Below, piece after piece: positions 19,419-29,392 of a DNA stretch of 64,000 bases. The translations under genes were made by a program, and so were the position numbers. The notes under the pieces are model-generated. The model made no database searches. It saw only the letters and a list, made by a program, of their open reading frames with translations, and was not told the DNA's origin. The first letter of the stretch is position 1. Each line of letters opens with the position of its first letter. The stretch comes from Collinsella aerofaciens. Lineage in GTDB: Bacteria; Actinomycetota; Coriobacteriia; Coriobacteriales; Coriobacteriaceae. The DNA is taken from the NCBI GenBank assembly GCA_048291645.1, contig DBEZXT010000099.1, forward strand, positions 129-64,128, in the 5' to 3' direction.

Positions 19419-20369
19419 TTAGCAGGAGAAATCGACGCTGTCGATGATGTCCTTGAGGGCCTTGGCGGAGACGGTGAGCTCATGCTGTTCGTCATCGTTC
19501 AGCGGCACGGGGACGCGGCAGACAACGCCGTCGCGGCCAACGACGGTCGGCATGGAGATGGCAAGATCGGACAGGCCATACTCGCCCACCATGAGCGAGG
19601 AGACAGGCAGAACGGTCTGCTCATCGCGCATGACGGCGGTGCAGATGCGCTTGACGGCCATGGCGACGCCATAGTAGGTGGCGTGCTTCTTCTCGATGAT
19701 GGTGTAGGCGGAGTTCTTGACGTCCTCGGCGATGCGCTTCTCGGCAGCCTCATGCTCCAGGTGGCCGTGAAGCTCACAGAAGGTGTTCAGCGGAACACCG
19801 GCAACCTGAGCGCTGGACCAAGCGACAAACTCGGAGTCGCCGTGCTCACCCATGACGTAGGCCTGAACGTCGCGCGGGTCAACCTCGACGTGGGCGCCAA
19901 GCATCTGCTGCAGACGGCCGGTGTCGAGCACGGTGCCGGAACCGATGACGTGGCCCTCGGGCAGGCCGGACATCTTGATGGCGGCATAAGTCAGAACATC
20001 GACCGGGTTGGAGACGATGAGCAGAATGCCGTCGAAGCCGGACTTCTTAATCTCGGGGATAATGGACTTAAAGATGTTGACGTTCTTGTTGACCAGGTCC
20101 AGGCGAGTCTCACCGGGCTTCTGGGCAGCGCCAGCGGTGACAACAATCATGGCGGCGTCGGCGACATCGGAATAATCGCCGGCGTAGATCTTCATCGGCT
20201 CGGCAAACGTCATGCCGTGCGCGATATCCAGGGCCTCACCCTCGGCGCGGTTCTTGTCCACGTCGATGAGGACCATCTCGGAGAACAGACCGCTCTGCAT
20301 CAGCGCAAACGCCGAAGACGAACCGACGAAACCGCAGCCGACAATAGCGACCTTCTTCTCGTTAACCAT
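19419..20369 (-). CDS. ldh: L-lactate dehydrogenase
   Basis: GCGFVG, QKPGETRLDL, SNPVD, GSGTVLDT, GEHGDS. Confidence 0.95.
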   Translation of the reverse strand: MVNEKKVAIVGCGFVGSSSAFALMQSGLFSEMVLIDVDKNRAEGEALDIAHGMTFAEPMKIYAGDYSDVADAAMIVVTAGAAQKPGETRLDLVNKNVNIFKSIIPEIKKSGFDGILLIVSNPVDVLTYAAIKMSGLPEGHVIGSGTVLDTGRLQQMLGAHVEVDPRDVQAYVMGEHGDSEFVAWSSAQVAGVPLNTFCELHGHLEHEAAEKRIAEDVKNSAYTIIEKKHATYYGVAMAVKRICTAVMRDEQTVLPVSSLMVGEYGLSDLAISMPTVVGRDGVVCRVPVPLNDDEQHELTVSAKALKDIIDSVDFSC

Positions 20370-20570
20370 TAGAAACTCCCATCTCACTCCACAAACAAGC
20401 CGCCCGGGAACGACCCGAGCGGCTTGTCGTAATCCCAATACATCCAATCGGGACTTTGATTATGCTCCTATTCGCAGCCAAAAATCGACCGTTTACCGAA
20501 ATTGTTTGCAGGATTCGTAAAATAACTGCACGAAATCGGTTTCGATATATTGACGAGGCGAAATAGCTTT

Positions 20571-21734
20571 CTAATACAGGCCCGCCTCGCGAATGGCCTC
20601 GACAGCCAAAGCGATCTGGTCGGGCGGCAAGACCAGTGCCATGCGCACGTGCCCCTCGCCCGAAGGACCAAAGCTCGCGCCCGGCGTCACCACAACGCCA
20701 GCCTTCTCCATGAGCTCCTCGCAAAACGCCATGGAATCGGTGCGGCCACCGGGAAGCTTGGCCCACACAAACATAGAGCCATGCGCGTTGGGGCGCTCCC
20801 AGCCCAAGCCCTCAAGACCGTCGCACAGGGCATCGCGGCGCTCCTGGTACTTCAGACGCTGCGCCTCGACCTCATCGCGCGGACCGTTCAGGCAGGCGAT
20901 GGCGGCCTTCTGGATCGGGAAGAACATGCCAAAGTCGATCTGACCGCGCAGCTTGGCAAAGGCCGAGACCACATCCTCGCGACCAACCAAAAAGCCGATG
21001 CGGGCACCGGTGACGTTAAACGACTTGGAGAGCGAGAAGAACTCCACGCCCACCTCAAGCGCACCGGGATACTGCAAGAAGCTGCCGCCCGGCTCGCCGT
21101 CGAACACGATGTCGGAGTACGCGTTGTCATGGACGATGAGCAGGTCGTGCTCGCGGGCGAAAGCGATGATCTCCTCGTAGATCTCGGGCGTACCCACCGA
21201 GCCCACCGGGTTGGCGGGCAGCGACACGATCATGTACTTGGCACGATCGGCCACCTCGGGATCGATACCCGCCACATAGGGCAGGTAATTGTGCTCGGCA
21301 ACCAGCGGATAGTACTCGAGCTTGGCATCGGCGATCTTGGCACCCGCCTCAAAGACCGGGTAGCACGGATCGGGAACCAAAATAGTGTCACCCGGATCGA
21401 GCAGGGCCAGGCCCAAATGACCCACGCCCTCCTGCGTGCCGTTGCACGACTGCACCATGGACGGTGTAATGCCCGAAACGCCAAAGCGGCGCTCATAGTA
21501 GTCGCACACGGCTTGCTTGAGTTCCGGCAGGTCACGCAGGGCATACTTCCACATCTCTGGGTCCTGCGCAGCCTGGGTCAGCGCCTCGACCACGTGGTCG
21601 TACGGCTTAAAGTCGGGCGTGCCCACGCTCATGTTATAAATGGTCTTGCCCTGAGCCTTCAGTGCGAGAAGCTTGTTGTTGAGCGAGGCGAAGACCTCCG
21701 CGCCAAAGCGGTCGAGACGCTGCGATGCCTGCAT
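20571..21734 (-). CDS. PLP-dependent class I/II aminotransferase (LL-DAP aminotransferase-like)
   Basis: NPVG, HDNAYSD, SLSKSFNVTGARIG. Confidence 0.85.
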   Translation of the reverse strand: MQASQRLDRFGAEVFASLNNKLLALKAQGKTIYNMSVGTPDFKPYDHVVEALTQAAQDPEMWKYALRDLPELKQAVCDYYERRFGVSGITPSMVQSCNGTQEGVGHLGLALLDPGDTILVPDPCYPVFEAGAKIADAKLEYYPLVAEHNYLPYVAGIDPEVADRAKYMIVSLPANPVGSVGTPEIYEEIIAFAREHDLLIVHDNAYSDIVFDGEPGGSFLQYPGALEVGVEFFSLSKSFNVTGARIGFLVGREDVVSAFAKLRGQIDFGMFFPIQKAAIACLNGPRDEVEAQRLKYQERRDALCDGLEGLGWERPNAHGSMFVWAKLPGGRTDSMAFCEELMEKAGVVVTPGASFGPSGEGHVRMALVLPPDQIALAVEAIREAGLY

Positions 21735-21852
21735 GGTGCCACCTTTCGATATAAAAAACGCGGCGCTCCGACAAGAGCGCCGCGCGATACGGGCCATCAG
21801 ATTGCAAAAGTGTAACGCTTGCAACCCCCGCATTGGTTCAATTTAGCCAACC

Positions 21853-23853
21853 TCAGTCAATTGGATTGAGCGCGTCGATCTGCGCAAGCCACAAACGCGA
21901 GCTGGCGTCACTCGGCATACGCCAATCGCCGCGCGGGCTGAGCGTCACCGAGCCCACCTTGGGACCATCGGGCAGGCAGCTGCGCTTAAACTGCTGGGCA
22001 AAGAAGCGACGATAGAACGTACGCAGCCACGTGTGGACGGTCTTGACGTCGTAGACGCCCTCGAAACTCTTGAGCGCCATGCGGTAGATCTTGCCCGGCT
22101 CAAAGCCAAAACGCAGCAGGTAGTAGAGGAAGTAGTCGTGCAGCTCGTACGGGCCCACCAAATCCTCGGTCTTCTGTGCGATCTCGCCATCGCCCGTGGG
22201 CGGCAGAAGCTCGGGGGACACCGGCGTATCGAGGATATCGAGCAAGACCTCGGCAATACGCCCGCCAAAGACATCAGCCGCATAGCGCACCAGATGGCGC
22301 ACAAGCGTCTTGGGCACGCTCGCGTTGACGGCGTACATGCTCATGTGGTCGCCGTTATAGGTAGCCCAGCCGAGCGCCAGCTCCGACAGGTCGCCCGTGC
22401 CGATGACAAAGCCGCCAGCCTGGTTGGCCAAATCCATCAGAATCTGCGTACGCTCGCGGGCCTGGCTGTTCTCGTAGGTCACGTCCTGCACGGTCTGATT
22501 GTGCTCAATGTCCTTAAAGTGCTGCTCCACGGCCGCGTGGATCGAAACCTCGCGGAAGCTCACGCCCAGGTCGCGGGCAAGCGACTCGGCATTGGACTTG
22601 GTGCGATGCGTCGTGCCAAAACCTGGCATGGAGACCGCCGTGATACCCGTGCGCGGCAGCCCCAGCGCATCGAAGGCACGCACGGTCACAAGCAGTGCCA
22701 GCGTGGAGTCCAAGCCACCCGAAAGGCCGATAACCGCAGCCTTGGTACCTGTGTGGGCAAGGCGGGTCTTGAGGCCAGCAGTCTGCAGATTGAGAATAGT
22801 CTCGCAGCGCTCGGCCAGATCACCGTGGTCGGCCGGCACAAAGGGCGCACGGGGGAAGACACGGTCGATGCCGAGTGCATCGCGCAGGACAGGTTCGTCC
22901 GTCAGCACGCCCTCAAACGAAAACTCAACGGTCGTGGCCTCCGGCGCATCGTCCGCGCGCGTCCACGTCGTCGAGCGGCGGCGCTCGGCAACCAGACGGT
23001 CAAGATCGACATCGGCCACCGCCATATCGCAGGTAAGAAGCTTCGTGGCGGCGAGCTTAGATCCGTTTTCGTAGACGAGGTTCTCGCCCGCAAAGACCAT
23101 GTCGGTCGTGGACTCGCCCTCGCTCGCATCTGCATAGGCATAGGCACAGTACAGGCGCGCGCTCTGGTTGGATATGAGGCTGCGTCGGTAATCTGCCTTG
23201 CCGATAATCTCGTCCGAGGCCGACGGGTTGAGGATCACCGTCGCACCGGCAAGCGCCATCTCGGTCGAAGGGGGCGCCGGCACCCACAGGTCCTCGCAGA
23301 CCTCAACGCCCAGCACCATATCCTCGGCACCCTCGTCACAGCAGCGGTAGACAAGCTCCGAACCCAGCGGAACCGGACCCTGACCGGCAAACTCGACCCA
23401 CACGGGATCTGCGGGCGCCGGAGCAAACCAGCGGCGCTCGTAGAACTCGCCATAGTTGGGCAGATACTTCTTGGCCGTGAGGCCCAAAAGCTCGCCCGCG
23501 CAGCACACGGCGGCGCAGTTGTAGATATTCTCGGCAACCGCAACGGGAAGACCGATGGTAAAGACAATCGGCAGCTCACGAGTCTCATCGAGGATATGCA
23601 CCAAAGCAGCCTCGCAGGCATGCAGCAGCGTGCGATTATGGAACAGGTCGGCCGCGGTATAGCCGCACAAGTTGAGCTCGGGCAGCACCAGCGCGCGAAC
23701 GCCGCGCTCGGCAGCCTCGCGAACAGCCGCCAATGCAACCTCGACATTGTCCTCGACATCGGCAACGCGAATCTGCGGCGACGCCGCCGCCACACGCAAA
23801 AAGCCATCGTTCTTATTAGCCGAAACGCAGCATTGCCTTGTTGATCTGGACAC
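21853..23853 (-). CDS. nadE: Glutamine-dependent NAD+ synthetase
   Basis: Nitrilase domain (PEL, K.YLPNY.EFYE, VCEDLW), SGGLDST, FKRSCLPDGPKVG. Confidence 0.95.
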   Translation of the reverse strand: MSRSTRQCCVSANKNDGFLRVAAASPQIRVADVEDNVEVALAAVREAAERGVRALVLPELNLCGYTAADLFHNRTLLHACEAALVHILDETRELPIVFTIGLPVAVAENIYNCAAVCCAGELLGLTAKKYLPNYGEFYERRWFAPAPADPVWVEFAGQGPVPLGSELVYRCCDEGAEDMVLGVEVCEDLWVPAPPSTEMALAGATVILNPSASDEIIGKADYRRSLISNQSARLYCAYAYADASEGESTTDMVFAGENLVYENGSKLAATKLLTCDMAVADVDLDRLVAERRRSTTWTRADDAPEATTVEFSFEGVLTDEPVLRDALGIDRVFPRAPFVPADHGDLAERCETILNLQTAGLKTRLAHTGTKAAVIGLSGGLDSTLALLVTVRAFDALGLPRTGITAVSMPGFGTTHRTKSNAESLARDLGVSFREVSIHAAVEQHFKDIEHNQTVQDVTYENSQARERTQILMDLANQAGGFVIGTGDLSELALGWATYNGDHMSMYAVNASVPKTLVRHLVRYAADVFGGRIAEVLLDILDTPVSPELLPPTGDGEIAQKTEDLVGPYELHDYFLYYLLRFGFEPGKIYRMALKSFEGVYDVKTVHTWLRTFYRRFFAQQFKRSCLPDGPKVGSVTLSPRGDWRMPSDASSRLWLAQIDALNPID

Positions 23854-23981
23854 TGGAGGCCCCTTCTACCCTGAGATTCAGTCTAACGGACGTTCACATA
23901 TCTCTAACTAGCCAAAGCAACCTCCCAGTTTACTGAGAGGCCAACCTGTGCTAAGAGCATGTATTTCAATAATATCTTTAA

Positions 23982-24018
23982 TTAAAAAGGAGAAATCGAT
24001 AATCGACTTCTCCTTTAA
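23982..24018 (-). terminator. Intrinsic terminator after the peptide gene
   Basis: AAAGGAGAA.TCGAT/ATCGA.TTCTCCTTT hairpin followed by a T run on the minus strand. Confidence 0.75.
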
Positions 24019-24040
24019 GCGAGGCGAGTAAATTTCGAAA

Positions 24041-24151
24041 CTAATGGCAGAATTTATCCATGTAGTCCTCAAAGTCGAACACTTCTACCACGACGCCCTC
24101 TTCCTGAAACTCTTTCAGTTGCTCCAAGAGATCTTTGTTAATAACGTCCAT
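24041..24151 (-). CDS. Putative RiPP precursor peptide, 36 aa: MDVINKDLLEQLKEFQEEGVVVEVFDFEDYMDKFCH
   Basis: Translated by hand; RBS AGGAGG 7 nt upstream; 13 nt after rSAM stop; followed by terminator. Confidence 0.8.
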   Translation of the reverse strand: MDVINKDLLEQLKEFQEEGVVVEVFDFEDYMDKFCH

Positions 24152-24164
24152 GCAGAAACCTCCT

Positions 24165-25946
24165 CTATCTAATCAATTGTAGTATATCTGCTTTCATGCA
24201 ATTATCAACCAACTTGTTTAGTTGCTCCTCGTTTGCCGATAGTCCCTCTTTTTTCAAAATGTCGCGCACCTCGTTCTTAGTAATCGGCTTTTCAAACAAC
24301 GAAAGCAAAGCGAACGAAAAATCATTAACCGCACACATTCTATGGGTGGCACAACTCAGCAGTACTCTTAACCCCTCTTTTGAGCGTCCGACTTCTTTCA
24401 CAAACGAACTTTTAACCAATTGAAAACCATTATCGTGCATTACATAATCGGCATCGATATTTGTATTCAGCAATCCATAATGCAACAGTTCTTCTATCGC
24501 CCTTGTCAGCTCGAGGTCGCCCTGATCAAGGATAAGAGAAATGCTACAATCGGCCTCCAATAAACGGGCCAACTTAAGGTATACCAACTGGGAAACAGCA
24601 TAGACATGATGGTATTCAGAATTATAGAAGTAGGCAAATGGCTCAACGAGCACGACAGAGGTCTTGGAATCCAGCCAGATTCGATAAGCTGGATTTAGAC
24701 TAGTTAGCCGTCGCTTTACTTTGGTCAAATGTCCCTTATACCTGACAGCGTGAATAGAATCTAGGATCCAGGTCACCTCTGAAATATGAAGCCGCTGGGG
24801 CAAGTCAATTGTGTCGCTACCGTTTATGACCTCTTGCATATAAAAATCAATATGATGCTCATCAGATAAGGATTTTGCTTCATTTAAAGTTAAACCAGTG
24901 CCTGAAACATAATCCACTTCGAGGCGCAAATCCTCATATTGGGACTTCGGCATTACAGAGACACCATACTTATCGGGATGATTCCAAACATCCGACCCCA
25001 TAACGAGACCAAAATTCGTAAATCCTCTCGTGGAATATGGAACACCACATACCTGTTTTGAATAATTCAAAACATTCTCTGTATAAGCTAAGGTGTTCAG
25101 AGCCTCTTCTTTAGTTTCGGTCGGAAAGCCAATCATAAAGAATAGATGAACAGGAATACCCGCATTGAGACAATCATGGATATTGCGATCAATCCAATCA
25201 ACTCTCGTGTTCTTCTTCATTAGATCAAGAACTCTTTGGTTGTATGACTCGAGGCCAAACTGAATCTGCCTACATCCACTTTGGTATATCTTGTTGAAAA
25301 CGTCTGTACTTAGGGTTGGAGAGAACCTCGTTTCTCCATGCCAGAAAAACGTTTTTCCCGATGCGTTTATTTCATCCGCGAGTTGCTCCATTCTTTTGCC
25401 TTCGAATGTTTCATCCACAAAAGAGAAAACTCTCGTGCCGTATTTTTCATTTAACCGACACATTATTTCAAATACTCTCGATATAGGCATCTTTCGGTAA
25501 CAACCACCGGTAGCACCGGGAATGGTGCAGAAGGCGCAATGATTAAAACACTGCCTAGAGGAATAAACCGGCAATATTAACTCAGGCATGAAGTATTTAG
25601 AAAGGGCGAAGCCATCGAAATCGGGAACTGTATCGTTGATAAATGTTTGCTCAATCCGATGGTTTTTATATATCTTTCCACCTTTAGCATGGCAAAGGTT
25701 TGGAACACAGTCGAGATTGTCATCACCAGAGTCAAGAGCCTCAAGAAGACGTGCAAGCGGCTCTTCGCCGTCATACATCATTATCGAATCAATGTATTCA
25801 AAAAAGGGATGCCATTCTTTCATGCAGTCATCTGCTAAACGAGTAATGTAATTGCCGCCCAATGAGACGTGTTTAACAGATGGACATTCTTCTTTAATCA
25901 GTTTCGCTAACGTAACTGCAGAAATCAATTGGAAACAGCCGCTCAC
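24165..25946 (-). CDS. B12-dependent radical SAM enzyme, C-terminal portion (rSAM core and two RRE/PqqD-like domains)
   Basis: LGGNY, DGEEPL, CFNHCAFC (CxxxCxxC), FVDE, GLES, GFPTET. Confidence 0.85.
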   Translation of the reverse strand: MSGCFQLISAVTLAKLIKEECPSVKHVSLGGNYITRLADDCMKEWHPFFEYIDSIMMYDGEEPLARLLEALDSGDDNLDCVPNLCHAKGGKIYKNHRIEQTFINDTVPDFDGFALSKYFMPELILPVYSSRQCFNHCAFCTIPGATGGCYRKMPISRVFEIMCRLNEKYGTRVFSFVDETFEGKRMEQLADEINASGKTFFWHGETRFSPTLSTDVFNKIYQSGCRQIQFGLESYNQRVLDLMKKNTRVDWIDRNIHDCLNAGIPVHLFFMIGFPTETKEEALNTLAYTENVLNYSKQVCGVPYSTRGFTNFGLVMGSDVWNHPDKYGVSVMPKSQYEDLRLEVDYVSGTGLTLNEAKSLSDEHHIDFYMQEVINGSDTIDLPQRLHISEVTWILDSIHAVRYKGHLTKVKRRLTSLNPAYRIWLDSKTSVVLVEPFAYFYNSEYHHVYAVSQLVYLKLARLLEADCSISLILDQGDLELTRAIEELLHYGLLNTNIDADYVMHDNGFQLVKSSFVKEVGRSKEGLRVLLSCATHRMCAVNDFSFALLSLFEKPITKNEVRDILKKEGLSANEEQLNKLVDNCMKADILQLIR

Positions 25947-26485
25947 CGAAATCCCAATAAACTCGATTTTTCCCTCTGAATACGCTTAAGAAAGGCAGTT
26001 TCATAGAAGGAAATAAACGGATTATGCAAGGTATCCGCAAGCGATTTCATTATTTCTGGTGTCGAATAATAATCATAGGGCAGATCTATGGAGTTGAACG
26101 TGTATTTAACTCCATATGAGACGTGATTTATGATATAGAGTGCATTTCTAAAAATGTTTTCAGCATATTGTCTTTCTTTTAGATTAAAGTATCTCTTCGA
26201 TCTGAAAATATCTTTTGCCTCGTCAACATTAAGTGCTGACTTTTGTATCAACTCGATTGTTAATTGAACATTCGAACTAAACGAATCCTTTGATTCCCGA
26301 TACCTTTTACAGCACTCTTCGACATGTCTAAAAGATAGGAGGTCATCGTAAAATTCCACGTTTAAGTCAACAATGTCAACTTTGTATTGTTCAACCTCTT
26401 GAAGATATGACTTCAAAACAGGCAAGGCAAGATACGGCCCCACTGGACTCCATCCTGGGGGAAACACTAAAAGCGTTTTAGGCAT
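25943..26485 (-). pseudogene. N-terminal portion of the same B12-rSAM gene, split by a 1-nt frameshift
   Basis: LVFPPGW.P..PYLALPVLKSYL..VDLN is a B12-binding domain start; adding one A to the A5 run at 25967-25971 gives REKIEFIGISVSGCFQL, continuous with the downstream ORF. Confidence 0.75.
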
Positions 26486-26492
26486 ATCAACG

Positions 26493-27677
26493 TCACATCT
26501 TTCGCAAATAATTCAATTGAAAGACAACTACCATCATAATTGAAAATACACCAAGTCCTGTAACGAGAATTGAGAACATCGCGATGCTCGTGAACAGCGA
26601 AACAAGGAGTGTTGAAATAACAACAGCAACCGATTGCAAAGACTCCCTAATTGAAAACAGGTTCATCGATTCAGATCCGTCTCTCGCCAAATCCTGCAGC
26701 GATGTTATGAGAAGCACATCTTGAATGGCGTTTCCGGCACCGACGATAAAAAGGAAAATAAACGATATCCCAGACGCATAGCGATAGCCAAACGCCAGAT
26801 ACGCACCGAGCGCAAGATACGTCACAAAACAATATGATTTAACGCAATCGGAACCACTGATTAAACGACCGTATATTGTATTTCCGAACAACAGTCCGAT
26901 TGTAAGACTACTCTGAAGGAATCCGTATTGTATCGATGACGAGTCAAATTGCAATTGCGCTATAGCTGGCAAAAGAGAATTCAGAGAGCCGAATGCCACG
27001 CCACTAGAAATATCGATTAATAGGAAACCAATTGCCAAGTGCTTCGCGTTAAGATCACTAAATGCAGTCCAGTTTTTTTCATTTTTGCTTATCCTCTCTT
27101 TATCATTAACCTCGATAACCGACGGAACATCTCGCAGCAACCAGAACGACGCGGCAAAAGAAAGCGCATCTAATGCAAGAACAGCCTCCGCCCCAAATTG
27201 AGCGACAACAAAACCGCCGGCAACTGGCCCCAGAACCATCATCAAATTCTGCAGAAACCCAAACGAATTATTAATTACGTCGCGATTGATACTATTCGTA
27301 TTGGCTCTTAACAACGAGTAAAAGCAGGGCATTTCAACCGTTCGGCAAAGCGATACCGCGCACGTAATAGCAAACATACTCCATTTACTATCAACAAAAA
27401 TATAGCAAACGAATAATCCCGCGCGAATTAAGTCTGCCAATCTCATGGCCTGCAGTGTCCCGATACCCATCTTCTGAGGCAGCTGCGCGAGCGCAACTGA
27501 AAACAGAGCGGGGGCAAATCTGCAGCAGACCATCAAAGCAGTTGCAGAAACATCGTGAGTTACCTCGTAAATCAGCATTGGCAAAGCAATATTCGCACAC
27601 CAATTGCCTATTTCGCTTATCCCTCTAGCAATATATAGGACCCGAACCGGACGGCTAGCTCTCAATACCGTGAACAT
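26493..27677 (-). CDS. MFS transporter (exporter-type)
   Basis: About 12 TM helices, S.IG.W...ALP, ADLIRA and LGPVAGG motifs. Confidence 0.85.
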   Translation of the reverse strand: MFTVLRASRPVRVLYIARGISEIGNWCANIALPMLIYEVTHDVSATALMVCCRFAPALFSVALAQLPQKMGIGTLQAMRLADLIRAGLFVCYIFVDSKWSMFAITCAVSLCRTVEMPCFYSLLRANTNSINRDVINNSFGFLQNLMMVLGPVAGGFVVAQFGAEAVLALDALSFAASFWLLRDVPSVIEVNDKERISKNEKNWTAFSDLNAKHLAIGFLLIDISSGVAFGSLNSLLPAIAQLQFDSSSIQYGFLQSSLTIGLLFGNTIYGRLISGSDCVKSYCFVTYLALGAYLAFGYRYASGISFIFLFIVGAGNAIQDVLLITSLQDLARDGSESMNLFSIRESLQSVAVVISTLLVSLFTSIAMFSILVTGLGVFSIMMVVVFQLNYLRKM

Positions 27678-27936
27678 CAGGATTAACCTCGTATTTCAGG
27701 CCTCGCTCATCCCTTAATAGGAATCCATAATCAACCAAGTACCGCCTCAACACGGCATAATCAGGATAGAGCTGTGACAGCACACGATTAACCTGAAGCT
27801 CCGTATAACTTGTATTTAATTCAAAGAAAGAGACGGCCCATAGCAGCATGATTCTTTTATAGCTTTCCTTTTTTGGAATTGAAACCAGCTCGCCATTCTT
27901 GAGAAATCGTTTTTTAAAGTCTATTAGCTCATCCAT
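27655..27936 (-). CDS. DUF2087 domain protein
   Basis: G.L..IP.K, YTE..VN..L, D.A.LRRYLVDYGFL.R; RBS GGAGG. Confidence 0.85.
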   Translation of the reverse strand: MDELIDFKKRFLKNGELVSIPKKESYKRIMLLWAVSFFELNTSYTELQVNRVLSQLYPDYAVLRRYLVDYGFLLRDERGLKYEVNPDVHGIES

Positions 27937-28036
27937 TCACATCCTCCATTTCATACGCATCTAATACTAAAAATGCATACGCTTTAGGTCATCGTATTCG
28001 GCTTCTTTATTCGAACTAAACTCGAACTAATCTAAA

Positions 28037-28255
28037 TTATTTGCTCAAACACTCTTCGAAAGCTCGTTTTTCACTCTGAGTAAAATGCCCTTCCCAGTCA
28101 GTCCACGAACAGGAAGGCAACTCACAGCGAGCGGAGTCGAAGCCCTCTACCGTCGGTCGTTCAAAATGCACGATAACCTTTTCGATATCCCCATCTGTTA
28201 TCAGGTCAGAATGAACGACCTCGGTACCATCTTCGAATGTCATATACGGGTACAT
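28037..28255 (-). CDS. Small hypothetical protein, possibly C-terminally truncated at the island edge
   Basis: MYPYMTF.D.TEVVHS...VHFERP..GFDSARC.LP; RBS GAGGTGG. Confidence 0.6.
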   Translation of the reverse strand: MYPYMTFEDGTEVVHSDLITDGDIEKVIVHFERPTVEGFDSARCELPSCSWTDWEGHFTQSEKRAFEECLSK

Positions 28256-28429
28256 CACGTAAACCACCTCGCAATCGTTAATCCAGTTTAGCATCAAGCT
28301 ATTGCACCAAAGACAGCAAGCCCCCTTGATGAGTTGATGGTATCTGTTAAATGTCACGTACGATTCACATCTGGTGGGTACCCTGATGGCTACACGAAAC
28401 GAAGCAGATTTACACCGGGAGGACCCCGT

Positions 28430-29392
28430 ATGACAACCAAGTACACCGACGCGCCGCGCACACGTGTCATGACGCCGGCATCGCTCAACAACGGCGTTCA
28501 CGAAAACCATTCCATCGGCCAGACCATGGCCATCGCGCCCAAAAAGGGCCTGTTTGACGACATTTCCATTCCCCAGATCATCGCCGGCGCCGCAGCTGCC
28601 GCTACGAGCGTCGCGCTTGCCTCCAAGATCGGTATCGCCGGATCGGTGATCGGTGCCGCTGTGAGCTCGGTCATCACCGTTGTGTCCTCGCAGGTCTACC
28701 GCCACTTTATCTCTGCCAGCGCCGAAGCCCTCAAAGGTACGCACGCCACCGTCGACTACCCCGCCGGCGCCTACGAGCCCGTTGAGCCCGATGTCGAGGA
28801 GCACCTAGGTGGCGCCGCGACCACGCAGGAGATGCGCCAGGTTGCGGGACGCGCGACCACGGCGCGCGTCGCCCCCAACAGCCTGCGCGCCAAGGCGGCG
28901 GCAGAGCGCAGCCAGACACAAAAGAAGGTCATCGTCTTCTCGATCGCCATCGCCATCGTCGCGGTCATCGCCTGCGCCGGCGCCATCCTTATCACCACTG
29001 CCGGTGAGGGTCTGGGCGAGCGTCCCGAGCCAATCCTGTCGTCGCGCACGACCGAGAGCGATGCAAATGGCAACACCCAGTCGCAAGATCAGCAGGCACA
29101 GGCGGACGGCACGCAAGACAGTTCTACCTCTGCCGATTCGTCCTCGAACACCCAAAGCCAATCGCAGGGCACCGATTCCTCTACGGCCAGCAGTAGCACG
29201 CCGTCCGGCACGACCGACTCAAGCCAAACGACTGACGGTTCGCAGCCGAGCACGGGCGGCCAGACGAGCGACACCGCTTCGGGAACGGGCACAGCAGACA
29301 GCAGCAACACCAACAGCTCGAACAGCTCGAGCGGAACCGCGTCCGGCACGGCATCTGACAACTCGAGCCAAGGCACGGCATCGGGCAACTAA
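28430..29392 (+). CDS. Membrane protein with Ser/Thr-rich tail
   Basis: Hydrophobic AGAAAAATS...GSVIGAA region, further TM helix, low-complexity C-terminus; RBS GGAGG. Confidence 0.7.
   Translation: MTTKYTDAPRTRVMTPASLNNGVHENHSIGQTMAIAPKKGLFDDISIPQIIAGAAAAATSVALASKIGIAGSVIGAAVSSVITVVSSQVYRHFISASAEALKGTHATVDYPAGAYEPVEPDVEEHLGGAATTQEMRQVAGRATTARVAPNSLRAKAAAERSQTQKKVIVFSIAIAIVAVIACAGAILITTAGEGLGERPEPILSSRTTESDANGNTQSQDQQAQADGTQDSSTSADSSSNTQSQSQGTDSSTASSSTPSGTTDSSQTTDGSQPSTGGQTSDTASGTGTADSSNTNSSNSSSGTASGTASDNSSQGTASGN

Larger units (their letters stand above)
23900..28036. mobile_element. AT-rich genomic island with RiPP-like cluster (boundaries approximate)
   Basis: Abrupt drop in GC between nadE and the 28037 ORF; four co-oriented genes plus a peptide gene; no integrase or att repeat found. 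Confidence 0.7.

Noticed and set aside
25960..25980. Programmed -1 ribosomal frameshift
   Set aside because: No in-frame X XXY YYZ heptamer or evident stimulatory structure; an indel is more parsimonious
28256..28804. N-terminal extension of ORF 28037-28804
   Set aside because: It overlaps the plus-strand gene at 28430; the RBS supports a start at 28255/28258
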